From: Anaerohalosphaeraceae bacterium
Lineage (GTDB): Bacteria > Planctomycetota > Phycisphaerae > Sedimentisphaerales > Anaerohalosphaeraceae
DNA: 64,000 nt
NCBI GenBank assembly: GCA_963675525.2
Contig: CAXXSL010000019.1
Span: 160,001-224,000, forward strand
Reading direction: 5' to 3'
A program made the position numbers and the translations under genes. The notes below the pieces were generated by a model, which was not told the origin of the DNA, did no database searches, and was given only the letters and a program-made list of their open reading frames with translations. Positions 1 to 10,105 of the stretch are shown here, in pieces (position 1 is the stretch's first letter; the number at the start of each line of letters is the position of its first letter).

Positions 1-594
1 TTGATGGCATATTATAACGGGGCGGATGATGTGCGAAACTGCCCGGCCGTCAAGAAATTTCTGTCGGAGGTTCCCGGTTGGAATGTTTCCCCGTTAGTGA
101 ACACACTCGACCGTACGTTCATTGGATGGGGCGTTTACGGGCATCCGGATTTCCTGGGGGGCAATGTTCCCTACTGGGGCGAAGAAGGCCAATACGGCAG
201 CTACGGCGTTAACGCCTGGGCGTTGAATCCGCTGGATGTGGGAGTTTCCGGTACCTATAATACGAATCCAGCCTGGAGACTGAATTATTTCCGAAAAATG
301 ACCGTGAGTAATGCATTCCACATTCCTTTGATGGGCGATGCAATGTGGGACGGCACCCATCCGCTGGATACAGACCAACCTTCCCAACTTAAGGGTGTAC
401 AGCAGGCCGGTTCCAATATGAGCGTGTTCAGTCTGGATCGTCATAACGGAGGATCGAATATGCTGTTTATGGATACATCGGTCCGAAAAGTCGGCATGAA
501 GGAGTTATGGACGCTGAAATGGCACAAGGAATTCGATACATCGGGATGGTCTTCAGGGTGGCCCGAGTGGATGCAGTCATACAAAGACTATTGA
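1..594 (+). CDS. DUF1559-type / prepilin-processing-associated H-X9-DG protein, 5'-partial
   Basis: C-terminal RHNGGSNMLFMDTSV (H-X9-D with T instead of G) followed by LWTLKWH...WPEWM, typical of planctomycete pseudopilin-like proteins; ORF runs off the window start. Confidence 0.8.
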   Translation: MMAYYNGADDVRNCPAVKKFLSEVPGWNVSPLVNTLDRTFIGWGVYGHPDFLGGNVPYWGEEGQYGSYGVNAWALNPLDVGVSGTYNTNPAWRLNYFRKMTVSNAFHIPLMGDAMWDGTHPLDTDQPSQLKGVQQAGSNMSVFSLDRHNGGSNMLFMDTSVRKVGMKELWTLKWHKEFDTSGWSSGWPEWMQSYKDY

Positions 595-682
595 TATTGT
601 TTCATATTTATGATAGAATGCCTATTGTCCTTGTTGCGGGGGACGGGGGGATATTTTAATCAGCAAGAGGAGATAATTTTTC

Positions 683-3600
683 ATGACCGTTAAGCCGTTA
701 TTTGCGACCTTTTTCCTTTTCTTCAGCCTGATTTCTTTCGTTAATGCTTCCACGCTCTATACGGAAGATTTCACCGGTAACGGAGATGTAAGTATAGTCG
801 GTTGGAACGCCGTCTATGACGGCGGCGGCAGCAATGGAGGACTTGCTGGAGATTATGCATGGGTCTGGCACGTTGGCGATTGCGAAAATCTGATCTATAC
901 GAACGAATATACGGTCAATGTCTCTTCGGCTTTCTTGATTGAATTTCAATTTGATTTACGTAAGTATTCGAGCTACGATTCCACTCCTCAGACAAGCCTT
1001 GTTGTTCAGGTTGGCGGAAACTGGTATGTTTCCAAGACGGTTTTCACCTCTTCCAGCGGCGCATTTTCGACCCAGTCAATTACGTATGATCCGGTGAAAG
1101 ATAACTGGGATACGCTGAATGTTGCTTCTGCGGCCCGGGGTTCAACGGCTTCTTCAGATCTTTTGGGGGATATTAGCGGTTTTGGTTTTTATTCAAACAG
1201 TCAGAATGTCGGCGGCAATTGTACGGCCGAGTACGATAATTTTACAGTTACCGAAACAGAACCGATCCGAACACCTGATTTCAATGGAAGCGGGGCTGTC
1301 GATATTCAGGATTTTGCCGGCTTTGCGACGGCGTGGGTCAGTTCAGCAGGACAGGAGCATTTCAATGAGATCTATGATCTTGATTTAGATACCATGGTGG
1401 ATATGGACGACCTTGTTCTTTTTGCTCAAAGCTGGCTTGCGGGTGCTCAGTATCCTTACGCTCCTCAGGAATCTCCACGAAAAAAAATCGGTTTTAACAC
1501 AGGATGGAAATTCTACAGAGGTGATATTTCGCAAGACGCAGCCAAGGCATCGTCCTATGACGATTCTTCGTGGCAGGGTATCAATGTTCCCCACGCCCCC
1601 GTTATTACGCCCTTACGTGTTCAGTGGTCATCTGGCACAGCGGAAATTAACTGGTATCGCAAGCATTTCACGCTCGAGAACACTTATCAGAATAATAAGA
1701 TCTTTATTGAATTTGAGGGGGCCGACCAGGTGAGCGACGTGTGGATTAACGGGACCCATCTGGGCGTTCATTACGGAGCCTATCTGCCGTTAACGGTTGA
1801 CATTTCGGACTATGTTTATTTTGGCGGAACAGATAATGTTATTGCGGTTAAAATTGACGAAAGCCAGGACGATGATATTCCGGCTTATGGGCTTTGGCTC
1901 AGTTCTGGAGGTCTTTACAGGGATGTCTGGATGCATATTACCGATAAACTGCATGTGACAGATGCCGTTTATGCGGATATTGTTGCCGGCGGCGGGATAT
2001 TTGTTACCTATCCTGAGGTCAATGTTGCACAGGCAAGCGTGCAGATCAAAACACATGTTCTGAACGAAGACCCAACAGCTATAATCTGCACCCTTGAGTC
2101 TTATATTGTTGATAAAAATAATATGGTTGTTGCTGAGGCAATAGACACTCAGGTAATTGCCGCTTCTGGAGAGAATACATTTACACAATTGGCGACTGTC
2201 ATGGCTCCGAAACTGTGGCACCCTGACCATCCCGATCTCTACACGTTGTTTACACACGTCTTAAAAGATGGTCAAATCGTCGATACCTGCAAGACACGAT
2301 TCGGCATACGAAGTATCTTGTTCTCGTTTGCAAATGGATTTACGATCAATGGCCAACCCCTGACGTTGCGAGGCACCAACCGTGTGCAGGACTATCCATA
2401 TCTGGGATGGGCCATGGGGAACTTGGGGCAGCGCCGCGATGCTGAGATTCTTAAAGAAGCCGGCTTCGATTTCATCCGTACGTCCCATTATCCGCCGGAC
2501 CCGGCGTTCATGGATGCATGTGACGAATTGGGGATCGTTGTGATGGATGAAATACCGGGATTCCAGTATGTTGGGGGGAGTTTATTTAAAGACCGGTCTT
2601 ATCAGAATATGCGTGATATGATCCGCCGAGACCGAAACCACCCTTGTGTCATTGCATGGGAATTATCGCTCAATGAGACCAATTTTGATTCAACCTATGC
2701 ACAGACCGCTATGAATATCGGTCACGCCGAATACCCCGGGGATCAATGCTATGTTTCCGCCTGGATGCACGATAGCATCTATGATATCTATATCGCCACT
2801 CCGACTGCGGGTGCCAGATCCTATTCGGGGAGTAAACCGCTAATCGTCAGCGAACATGGCCATTGGGAGTATGGCGGAGGCAGTGGCAGCACCAGCGATG
2901 TTCACCGCGCTACGGATATTACAGCGGATTCTTTTCCGGGAGGAGAAACGCCTATGCTCCAGCAGGCCTGGAATCATCAGGAATCCCATCATCTCAACCG
3001 CGGTTTATCAAATATGTGCGGCGATGGATTATGGGTAGGAATTGACTATGGTGCATGGCCTTCGGGGGTTTATGATTTTCTTAGGTTGCCGAAGTTTTCT
3101 GCTTATTTCTGGCAAAGTCAGCGCAGTCCTGATTTAGATTTGTCATATCTAAATATTGATTCAGGGCCGATGGTATTTATTGCGAATTACTGGACCGCTT
3201 CTTCGCCGACGGATGTGAAAGTTTTCAGCAATTGTGAGCAGGTAAAACTGTATGTGAACGATATTTTACAGGACACTCGAAATCCCGATACAAACTATCC
3301 CACCGCCAATCTGCTTCATCCTCCGTTTACTTTTGAAGGGGTAACATTCACCCCCGGTCAGTTGAGAGCCGAGGGACTTATTGACGGCCAAGCTGTTGCG
3401 TCGTATAGTGTGCGAACGCCGGGTACGGCCAGTTCGATATCGGTTGAATTTGACATGACAGATGTGCCCGCGAATGGCTCAGAGACAATGTTTGTATATG
3501 CTTACATCCGCGACAATAACGGCACAGTTGTCTCTGATGCGTCAAATGCGGTAACGTTTTCTGTGACGGGCCAAGCTGTCCTTGTTACGCCTCCAACGAT

Positions 3601-3721
3601 ATCAGCGGAGGCCGGAATTGCATCCGCACTGATTCGGGTGTCAGACCAGCCGGGAACGATTATCGTCAATGCCGCCGGCGCAGGCTTAACGTCTGGTAAT
3701 GCCTCAATTATCAGCCAATGA
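683..3721 (+). CDS. Secreted glycoside hydrolase family 2 (beta-galactosidase-like) with N-terminal lectin-like and dockerin-like domains
   Basis: Signal peptide; GH2 motifs WYRKHF, GGLYRDV, RTSHYP, RDRNHPCVIAW..LNE, SEHG; paired DFNGSGAVDIQDF / DLDLDTMVDMDDL loops. Confidence 0.9.
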   Translation: MTVKPLFATFFLFFSLISFVNASTLYTEDFTGNGDVSIVGWNAVYDGGGSNGGLAGDYAWVWHVGDCENLIYTNEYTVNVSSAFLIEFQFDLRKYSSYDSTPQTSLVVQVGGNWYVSKTVFTSSSGAFSTQSITYDPVKDNWDTLNVASAARGSTASSDLLGDISGFGFYSNSQNVGGNCTAEYDNFTVTETEPIRTPDFNGSGAVDIQDFAGFATAWVSSAGQEHFNEIYDLDLDTMVDMDDLVLFAQSWLAGAQYPYAPQESPRKKIGFNTGWKFYRGDISQDAAKASSYDDSSWQGINVPHAPVITPLRVQWSSGTAEINWYRKHFTLENTYQNNKIFIEFEGADQVSDVWINGTHLGVHYGAYLPLTVDISDYVYFGGTDNVIAVKIDESQDDDIPAYGLWLSSGGLYRDVWMHITDKLHVTDAVYADIVAGGGIFVTYPEVNVAQASVQIKTHVLNEDPTAIICTLESYIVDKNNMVVAEAIDTQVIAASGENTFTQLATVMAPKLWHPDHPDLYTLFTHVLKDGQIVDTCKTRFGIRSILFSFANGFTINGQPLTLRGTNRVQDYPYLGWAMGNLGQRRDAEILKEAGFDFIRTSHYPPDPAFMDACDELGIVVMDEIPGFQYVGGSLFKDRSYQNMRDMIRRDRNHPCVIAWELSLNETNFDSTYAQTAMNIGHAEYPGDQCYVSAWMHDSIYDIYIATPTAGARSYSGSKPLIVSEHGHWEYGGGSGSTSDVHRATDITADSFPGGETPMLQQAWNHQESHHLNRGLSNMCGDGLWVGIDYGAWPSGVYDFLRLPKFSAYFWQSQRSPDLDLSYLNIDSGPMVFIANYWTASSPTDVKVFSNCEQVKLYVNDILQDTRNPDTNYPTANLLHPPFTFEGVTFTPGQLRAEGLIDGQAVASYSVRTPGTASSISVEFDMTDVPANGSETMFVYAYIRDNNGTVVSDASNAVTFSVTGQAVLVTPPTISAEAGIASALIRVSDQPGTIIVNAAGAGLTSGNASIISQ

Positions 3722-3725
3722 TACA

Positions 3726-4904
3726 TTACAGGTGTTTACCTCCGAAATGTTTTCGATAACCGATGGGTGTTATTCCCATTTCACGGCGAAATATGCGTGA
3801 CACATGATTAATATCGTTAAATTCTAAATCATAGGCGATTTGCTGAATGGCTTGATTGGTATTGATGATGGCTTCGGCCAGTTGACGAATACGGACACGC
3901 TGAATTTCCCGATTGATTCCGCGGCCAATTGCTTTACGAAATCGCTGCTGAAGGGCTCGTATCGACAAAGTGGACTGGTTGACAACATCATTTACATGAA
4001 TATCCCGGCGGGCATTGTTGCGGATAAAACGAATGGCTTGAGCAACCTGTTGGTCCTCAATAGCCAAAATGTCAGTTGATTGGCGTGTCACGATCCCAAT
4101 CGGCTCAAAAAAAATATCGGATTGTTCAACGCGTTTTCCTGCAATTAGATGATCAATCGCTTCCGCCGATTTATACCCGACCATTTCGGGATTAAGTCGG
4201 ATGCTGGACAGGGGGGGTGTGGACAGATTGCAAATCATCTCATCATTATCGACTCCAATAATGGCGACCTGCCCCGGGATGGTTAAGCCAATCATATGGC
4301 AGGCTTCGACGATGTCGCTGCTGCGTTCATCATTTGAGGTCATGATGCCGATGGGTTTAGGAAGTTTTTCAAGCCAATCGGCCAGTTGAGCCAGCGCCGC
4401 TGCCGGTTTCGTTAGTTGAGCCGGAATGGGGAATGTCCTGACGGTATGGCCGGCCTGTTCAATGCGTTCAATAAACCCTTCCTGCCGAATCTGTGACCAG
4501 TAGTCTCGCGTGCCGTAAAAAGCCAGGTGTTCAAAACCGCGTTCGAGTAAGTGGTCGGCGCCGATACTGCCAACGTGTTTGTCTTGCTGGACGTTTAGAA
4601 TGCCGGATATCGGGTCCTGAACCGGGATTGCGACCGCGGGGAAATTGCTTTGAATAATCGTCTGAATGAGCGATTTTTTAGTCGGTAAATAGCCAATAAT
4701 GCCATCGGCATCGAGTTTATTCAAACGCTCCAGCAGGTTATCCTGTCGGTTCTGACTGAATGGAAAGGTTCGAAACAAGGGGCTGAATCGAAAAAATGAC
4801 CAGTGGCCCCGCCCTTGGGAATACTCAATGATTCCGCGAATAATCCCCCGGTCGGCAGCGCGGGAACTGTCGAGCATTAAAATTATTTTTCGATTATTCA
4901 GCAA
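3726..4904 (-). CDS. xylR: XylR-type transcriptional regulator (LacI-like sensor plus AraC HTH)
   Basis: IIGVDNDEMICNLSTPPLSSI and IVTRQSTD motifs; C-terminal AraC HTH (FRREMGITPIGYR). Confidence 0.85.
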   Translation of the reverse strand: MLNNRKIILMLDSSRAADRGIIRGIIEYSQGRGHWSFFRFSPLFRTFPFSQNRQDNLLERLNKLDADGIIGYLPTKKSLIQTIIQSNFPAVAIPVQDPISGILNVQQDKHVGSIGADHLLERGFEHLAFYGTRDYWSQIRQEGFIERIEQAGHTVRTFPIPAQLTKPAAALAQLADWLEKLPKPIGIMTSNDERSSDIVEACHMIGLTIPGQVAIIGVDNDEMICNLSTPPLSSIRLNPEMVGYKSAEAIDHLIAGKRVEQSDIFFEPIGIVTRQSTDILAIEDQQVAQAIRFIRNNARRDIHVNDVVNQSTLSIRALQQRFRKAIGRGINREIQRVRIRQLAEAIINTNQAIQQIAYDLEFNDINHVSRIFRREMGITPIGYRKHFGGKHL

Positions 4905-5038
4905 TGGATAACCAGTCCTGTATTGATCATAAACAGCGTTTTTTGTTCAAAGCTGGTTTATTAATCAGAAATCGCCATTATTAACGGACTATAATATGCT
5001 TGATTATATCACTAATAAAAGGGATTGCAAGTTGTAAG

Positions 5039-5071
5039 TGCGCCAATTGGCGGTGTTTTTGCGCAAAATGG
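5039..5071 (+). promoter_or_regulatory. Putative XylR/AraC tandem operator
   Basis: Direct repeat TGCGCCAATTGG (5039) and TGCGCAAAATGG (5060), 21 bp period, in the divergent intergenic region. Confidence 0.5.
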
Positions 5072-5188
5072 AGTTTTATGTGGCATTCGTTTTTTGTAGA
5101 ATCAACTGCTTGTAGTCAGGGAGCGTTTTGTCTCTCTCTCTATAGCTTGAACAATGAAATCTAAACAAAAATATGAGGATAACATCAA

Positions 5189-6214
5189 ATGAGTGCATTT
5201 TCAATTGCAAAAGACGGGATTGATCCGAACCAGGTCCCAAAGCGTAAGCTGAACAACGGTGCCGAAATCCCCTGCTTGGGCCTGGGAACATTCGGTTCCG
5301 ATCGTTTTACGCATGATGAGGTCGCCGAAGCTGTCAAGGGCGCTATTTCAATCGGATACCGTCACATTGACTGTGCCTCGGTTTATGGTAACGAAGACAA
5401 GATCGGTGCCGCTTTGAAAGAAGTCATCGACGGTGGCGTGCCCCGTGAAGAACTGTGGATTACCTCCAAGGTTTGGAACGACATGCATGACGACGTGATT
5501 AGTTCCTGCAAGAAGTCGCTGGCTGACCTTCAGCTGGATTACCTGGACCTGTATTTGGTTCACTGGCCCTTCCCGAACTACCATGCGCCGGGATGTGCTG
5601 TGGATTCTCGCAGCCCCGATGCCAAGCCTTACATTCATGCGAACTTCATGAAGACCTGGCGTCAGATGGAACAGCTCGTCGAAATGGGTCTGGTCAAGAC
5701 CATCGGCACCTCCAACATGACGATTGCAAAGATGAAGCTGCTGCTTCAGGATGCCAATATCAAGCCGGCCTGTAATGAAATGGAACTGCACCCGCACTTC
5801 CAGCAGCCCGAATGGTTCCAGTTCTGTGTGGACAACGACATTCAGCCTATCGGTTTTTGCCCGATCGGTTCGCCGACCCGTCCGGATCGTGATAAGACCG
5901 AGCAAGACACTGTTGATATTCAGGACCCGGTGGTTGTCAAAATTGCTGAGCGTCTGGGCGTTCACCCGGCCGTTGTTTGCCTCAAATGGGCCGTTCAGCG
6001 TGGGCAGATTCCGATTCCGTTCTCAGTCTTTGAAAACGAATACCGCAGCAACCTGGAAAGCACCATCAAAGATCCGATCACAGATGAAGAAATGGCTGAA
6101 CTGGCCGGCATCGACAAGAACTGCCGCCTGATCAAGGGCCAGGTATTCCTGTGGAAAGACGGTCAGACCTGGGAGGACCTGTGGGATCTCAATGGAGAAG
6201 TGACCCCTGCATAG
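5189..6214 (+). CDS. Aldo/keto reductase
   Basis: GLGT, GYRHIDCASVYGNE, TSKVW, LDYLDLYLVHWP, IGTSN motifs. Confidence 0.95.
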   Translation: MSAFSIAKDGIDPNQVPKRKLNNGAEIPCLGLGTFGSDRFTHDEVAEAVKGAISIGYRHIDCASVYGNEDKIGAALKEVIDGGVPREELWITSKVWNDMHDDVISSCKKSLADLQLDYLDLYLVHWPFPNYHAPGCAVDSRSPDAKPYIHANFMKTWRQMEQLVEMGLVKTIGTSNMTIAKMKLLLQDANIKPACNEMELHPHFQQPEWFQFCVDNDIQPIGFCPIGSPTRPDRDKTEQDTVDIQDPVVVKIAERLGVHPAVVCLKWAVQRGQIPIPFSVFENEYRSNLESTIKDPITDEEMAELAGIDKNCRLIKGQVFLWKDGQTWEDLWDLNGEVTPA

Positions 6215-6267
6215 TGACTGCATGAGCATAACAATACAATATTTTGACGATTAATGGAGACAATACA

Positions 6268-7335
6268 ATGAGTAACAAAATGAAAGGTGCCATCCTTCCG
6301 GGTAACAGTACAGTTGAGATGAAGGAATTTGACATTCCGAAGCCCGGCCACGGTGAAGTGCTGATTAAAATGAAGTCATCCACCATCTGCGGTTCTGACA
6401 TTCGCTGTATTTATCATGAACATCTCGGCAAAGGCCCTGAAGGCTATCAGCTGGGGATGATCGCTGGCCACGAACCTTGCGGACAGATTGTCGAAGTAGG
6501 GCCCGGGTGTCGTCGATTCAAAGTGGAGGACCGTGTTGTCATCTATCATATTTCCGGCTGCGGGGTTTGCAATGATTGCCGGCGGGGATATATGATTTCC
6601 TGTACGAGTGAACAATATCGCCGGGCCTATGGCTGGCAGCGTGACGGAGGCATGGCCGAGTACATGCTGGCTGAAGAGAAAGACCTTGTCGCATTGCCGG
6701 ATGAGTTATCGTATTCCGATGGTGCTCAAATTGCCTGCGGGTTCGGCACGGTCTATGAAGGACTGGAAAAGATCGGCATTTGCGGCAACGATGCAGTGCT
6801 GGTGACGGGGTTAGGGCCAGTCGGATTGGCTACGGCAATGTTGTGCCGGGCTATGGGGGCGCAGAAAATCATCGGAACCGAAATGATTGATGAACGTATT
6901 GTGATTGCTCAAAAGCTGGGTTTGTTTGATGAAGTTATCAAAGCCGGACCTGACAATGTCCAGCACGTCAAAGACTTAACCGGCGGCATGGGCGTGGAAC
7001 GTTCAGTGGATTGTTCGGCTAACGACAAGGCGCGTTTGACGTGTATTCAGGCAACCCGCAAGTGGGGCAAGATTGTCTTCCTTGGTGAGGGGGGAACCTG
7101 TGAATTCCAGCCGTCACCGGACATTATTCATGACCAAAAGACGATTTACGGTTCATGGGTCACCAACATCTGGCGCATGGAAGAACTCGTCGAACGTATC
7201 ATTCGCTGGGGTATTCGTCCGGAAGATCTGATCACACACCGTTTTACCATTGATCAGGTTTCGGAAGCCTACTCTCTGATGGCCAGCGGCAAATGTGGAA
7301 AGGTTGCGGTTGTGTTTGACGAAGAAGCAAAGTAA
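6268..7335 (+). CDS. yphC: Zn-dependent alcohol/polyol dehydrogenase, YphC-like
   Basis: CGSD, GHEPCG, CGVCNDC..SC Zn sites, GLGPVG; recognisably similar to E. coli YphC (AYGWQRDGG, MASGKCGKV); ATG 6268 follows GGAG. Confidence 0.85.
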   Translation: MSNKMKGAILPGNSTVEMKEFDIPKPGHGEVLIKMKSSTICGSDIRCIYHEHLGKGPEGYQLGMIAGHEPCGQIVEVGPGCRRFKVEDRVVIYHISGCGVCNDCRRGYMISCTSEQYRRAYGWQRDGGMAEYMLAEEKDLVALPDELSYSDGAQIACGFGTVYEGLEKIGICGNDAVLVTGLGPVGLATAMLCRAMGAQKIIGTEMIDERIVIAQKLGLFDEVIKAGPDNVQHVKDLTGGMGVERSVDCSANDKARLTCIQATRKWGKIVFLGEGGTCEFQPSPDIIHDQKTIYGSWVTNIWRMEELVERIIRWGIRPEDLITHRFTIDQVSEAYSLMASGKCGKVAVVFDEEAK

Positions 7336-7359
7336 TTGAATTAAAACATTTGGCCGGAA

Positions 7360-7599
7360 ATGAGTCTGATGATAAAGTTTACTTGTAAAAGTTGTAAGAA
7401 AGCTTATAAAGTACCAGAAGAGTATTCTGGTAAACGTGTAAAGTGTAAACAGTGTAATGAAGTTTGCATTGTGCCAGGAGGCAATGCCGTGGGCGATCAT
7501 AGCGGCGATTCTCTTCAGGCATTTAATAATCTCATTATTGAGTTGGGCAAAGAAGAGAGCACTGCGCCTCCCATTGAAGAGGAAGAGTCTGACTCCTGA
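7360..7599 (+). CDS. Small zinc-ribbon protein
   Basis: CKSC-x17-CKQC with an acidic tail; co-oriented inside the operon. Confidence 0.6.
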   Translation: MSLMIKFTCKSCKKAYKVPEEYSGKRVKCKQCNEVCIVPGGNAVGDHSGDSLQAFNNLIIELGKEESTAPPIEEEESDS

Positions 7600-7618
7600 T
7601 TGCTGAAAGGATTCGCCT

Positions 7619-8599
7619 ATGAAAGCGAGTAATGTTTCCGTTGTATTGATCCTGATCTTGTCAGCGGTTTTGTTTTCTGTCGGAGTTGTCAAAAAAATCG
7701 CTTTCACGCAGCAGGATAAAAAAGTCATCGCCGTTATTCCCAAAGGCACGGCGTCCATGTGGTGGGAGGTCGTTCACAAAGGGGCCAATCAGGCCGGTGA
7801 TGAAACGGGATATGAGATTCTCTGGACTGGTCCCGAACAGGAAACCGATCGCCAAAAGCAAATCTTTGCTGTCGATGATGTGGTTGTCAAGCAGGTTGAC
7901 GCACTGGTCTTAGGTCCCAATGATGCCAAGGCACTGGCCCGTCCCGTGCTGAAGGTCAAACAGGCCGGGATTCCGTGTGTGATTATCGATTCGGCTGTCG
8001 AAGGTGATCCGGAAAACTACGTCTCGTTTGTGGCAACGGATAACCTGGCAGGTGGTGCCGCCGCGGCACGCCGACTCGGTGCGACTTTAAGCGGCCGGGG
8101 CAATGTCATCATCACCAAGTTCGTCCAAAACTCAGCGTCGACCGATGCCCGCGCCAAGGGCTTTAAGGATACGCTGGCTAAAGAATTCCCCAATATCAAA
8201 ATCGTCGATGAACAGTATTCACTGGGGACGGTCGAGGATTCACGTCAGAAAACCGTGGATATGCTCACGCGTAATCCCAATGTGCAGGGTTTGTTTGCGG
8301 TCAATCACCCAGCCTCGGTTGGTGCCTATAAGGCGCTTCAAACCCAAAAGCTGGCCGGAAAAGTCAAAATGGTTGGATTCGATTCTGATCCCATCCTGCT
8401 GGAAGGCATCGCTGACGGCGGTGTGGATGCACTGGTGGTCCAGAATCCCTTTGACATCGGCTACTACGGTGTCATGGTTGCGGTCGATGCCATTGCCGGC
8501 AAAGAAACACCCAAGAATAAACCGATTGACAGCATGCTGGTCGAGAAGTCGAATCTGGAAGAAATGAAAGCGAAATTTCCTGCTGCGTTGGGGCTTTAA
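7619..8599 (+). CDS. Sugar ABC transporter substrate-binding protein (RbsB-like)
   Basis: N-terminal hydrophobic anchor; IAVIPKG, FVATDN, VGFD, VVQNPF motifs. Confidence 0.92.
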   Translation: MKASNVSVVLILILSAVLFSVGVVKKIAFTQQDKKVIAVIPKGTASMWWEVVHKGANQAGDETGYEILWTGPEQETDRQKQIFAVDDVVVKQVDALVLGPNDAKALARPVLKVKQAGIPCVIIDSAVEGDPENYVSFVATDNLAGGAAAARRLGATLSGRGNVIITKFVQNSASTDARAKGFKDTLAKEFPNIKIVDEQYSLGTVEDSRQKTVDMLTRNPNVQGLFAVNHPASVGAYKALQTQKLAGKVKMVGFDSDPILLEGIADGGVDALVVQNPFDIGYYGVMVAVDAIAGKETPKNKPIDSMLVEKSNLEEMKAKFPAALGL

Positions 8600-8601
8600 T
8601 C

Positions 8602-10104
8602 ATGAAGACACAAACAGCAGCCAAACTCCGCATGGAGCATATACTCAAAGTATTCGGTCCGGTGACAGCGCTTCAGGACGTGACGTTTGAGGCCAAGCCC
8701 GGAACTGTCCACGCGTTATGCGGGGAAAACGGCGCCGGTAAATCCACACTGATGAAAGTTCTGGCCGGGGTGTACCAGCCCGATGGCGGAAAAATCTTTC
8801 TCGGCGATCAGGAAATGAAATTTACCCATCCGGGTCAGGCCCTCAATGCAGGCATCTCAATGCTGTATCAGGAACTCGATCTGGCCGAGCACATGATGGT
8901 GTACGAAAATGCGTTTCTGGGCAATGAAATTTCAAGTGCGATCCCATTTGTGGTTAATCGTGATGCGATGATTGAAAAGACACAAGCGCTCTGTGATCAG
9001 TATGGCTTTGATGTTTCCCCGACCGCGGTGATCAGCACTTTAACCACCGGCCAGTGCCAAATCGTCGAGCTACTCAAGGCCCTGATGCGGAATGCTCAAA
9101 TCATTGTGATGGACGAGCCGACTTCTTCGCTATCGGAAGGGGAAGCCAAACGGCTCTTTGAAATTGTTCGTCAACTGCGGGATCGCGGCCTGACAATTAT
9201 CTATATTTCGCACCGTATGGAAGAAGTGAATATGCTGGCTGATGAAATCAGTGTGCTGCGTGACGGTCAGGTCGTCGGCACCGGCCCGTCGCAGGAAATG
9301 GATATCCCCGCGGTGGTCAAGCTTATGGTCGGTCGGGAGCTGAAAGATTTTTATCCGGCACGAGATGTCAAGCTCGGCCAAGTGTTTTTTGAAGCCGAAG
9401 GGCTCGTGACTGGAGAGGGTATTGAGAATATTTCATTTTCCATCCGAGAAGGTGAACTCGTCGGTATGGCCGGACTGGTCGGTGCCGGGCGGACTGAGGT
9501 GGCGCGTGCGATTTTCGGTTTACAGCCTTTGACAAAGGGAACGTTGAAACTCCAGGGCAAAACCGTCAGGATCAAAAGGCCCGCCGATGCGATCAAGCAG
9601 GGTATTGCACTCTTGACCGAGGACCGCAAACGTACGGGGCTGTGTACCAATTTGCCATGCAGCTGGAACATGACGATGCCCAACTACGAACGCATTGGTA
9701 TGAAAACACTCTTGAAACTTCAAGAAGAGCAGGAGCTTTGTCAAACCTACGGCCAGAAGGTGTCGGTTAAATGGGCCGAACCCGATGCCCCGGCTGATTC
9801 GCTTTCCGGCGGAAACCAGCAGAAAGTGCTGGTCGGACGCTGGCTCATGGCCGATTCGGAGTTTATGATTTTTGATGAGCCGACACGCGGCATTGATGTT
9901 GGTGCTAAAAAGGAAATCTATACATTATTAAACGAACTGGCGGCGGCGGGTAAGGCGATTTTGGTGATTTCGTCCGAGTTGCCTGAGCTGTTTGGAATTT
10001 GTGATCGCATTCTCGTCATGCGACGAGGCCATCTGGTGGGGGACTTAAAGACCCAGGAAACAACCCCGGAACAAGTCATGCATTTAGCGGCAGTGGAGGC
10101 TTGA
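8602..10104 (+). CDS. Sugar ABC transporter ATP-binding protein (RbsA-like, two NBDs)
   Basis: GENGAGKST, MDEPT, LSGGNQQK, DEPTRGIDVGAK. Confidence 0.95.
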   Translation: MKTQTAAKLRMEHILKVFGPVTALQDVTFEAKPGTVHALCGENGAGKSTLMKVLAGVYQPDGGKIFLGDQEMKFTHPGQALNAGISMLYQELDLAEHMMVYENAFLGNEISSAIPFVVNRDAMIEKTQALCDQYGFDVSPTAVISTLTTGQCQIVELLKALMRNAQIIVMDEPTSSLSEGEAKRLFEIVRQLRDRGLTIIYISHRMEEVNMLADEISVLRDGQVVGTGPSQEMDIPAVVKLMVGRELKDFYPARDVKLGQVFFEAEGLVTGEGIENISFSIREGELVGMAGLVGAGRTEVARAIFGLQPLTKGTLKLQGKTVRIKRPADAIKQGIALLTEDRKRTGLCTNLPCSWNMTMPNYERIGMKTLLKLQEEQELCQTYGQKVSVKWAEPDAPADSLSGGNQQKVLVGRWLMADSEFMIFDEPTRGIDVGAKKEIYTLLNELAAAGKAILVISSELPELFGICDRILVMRRGHLVGDLKTQETTPEQVMHLAAVEA

Positions 10105-10105
10105 A

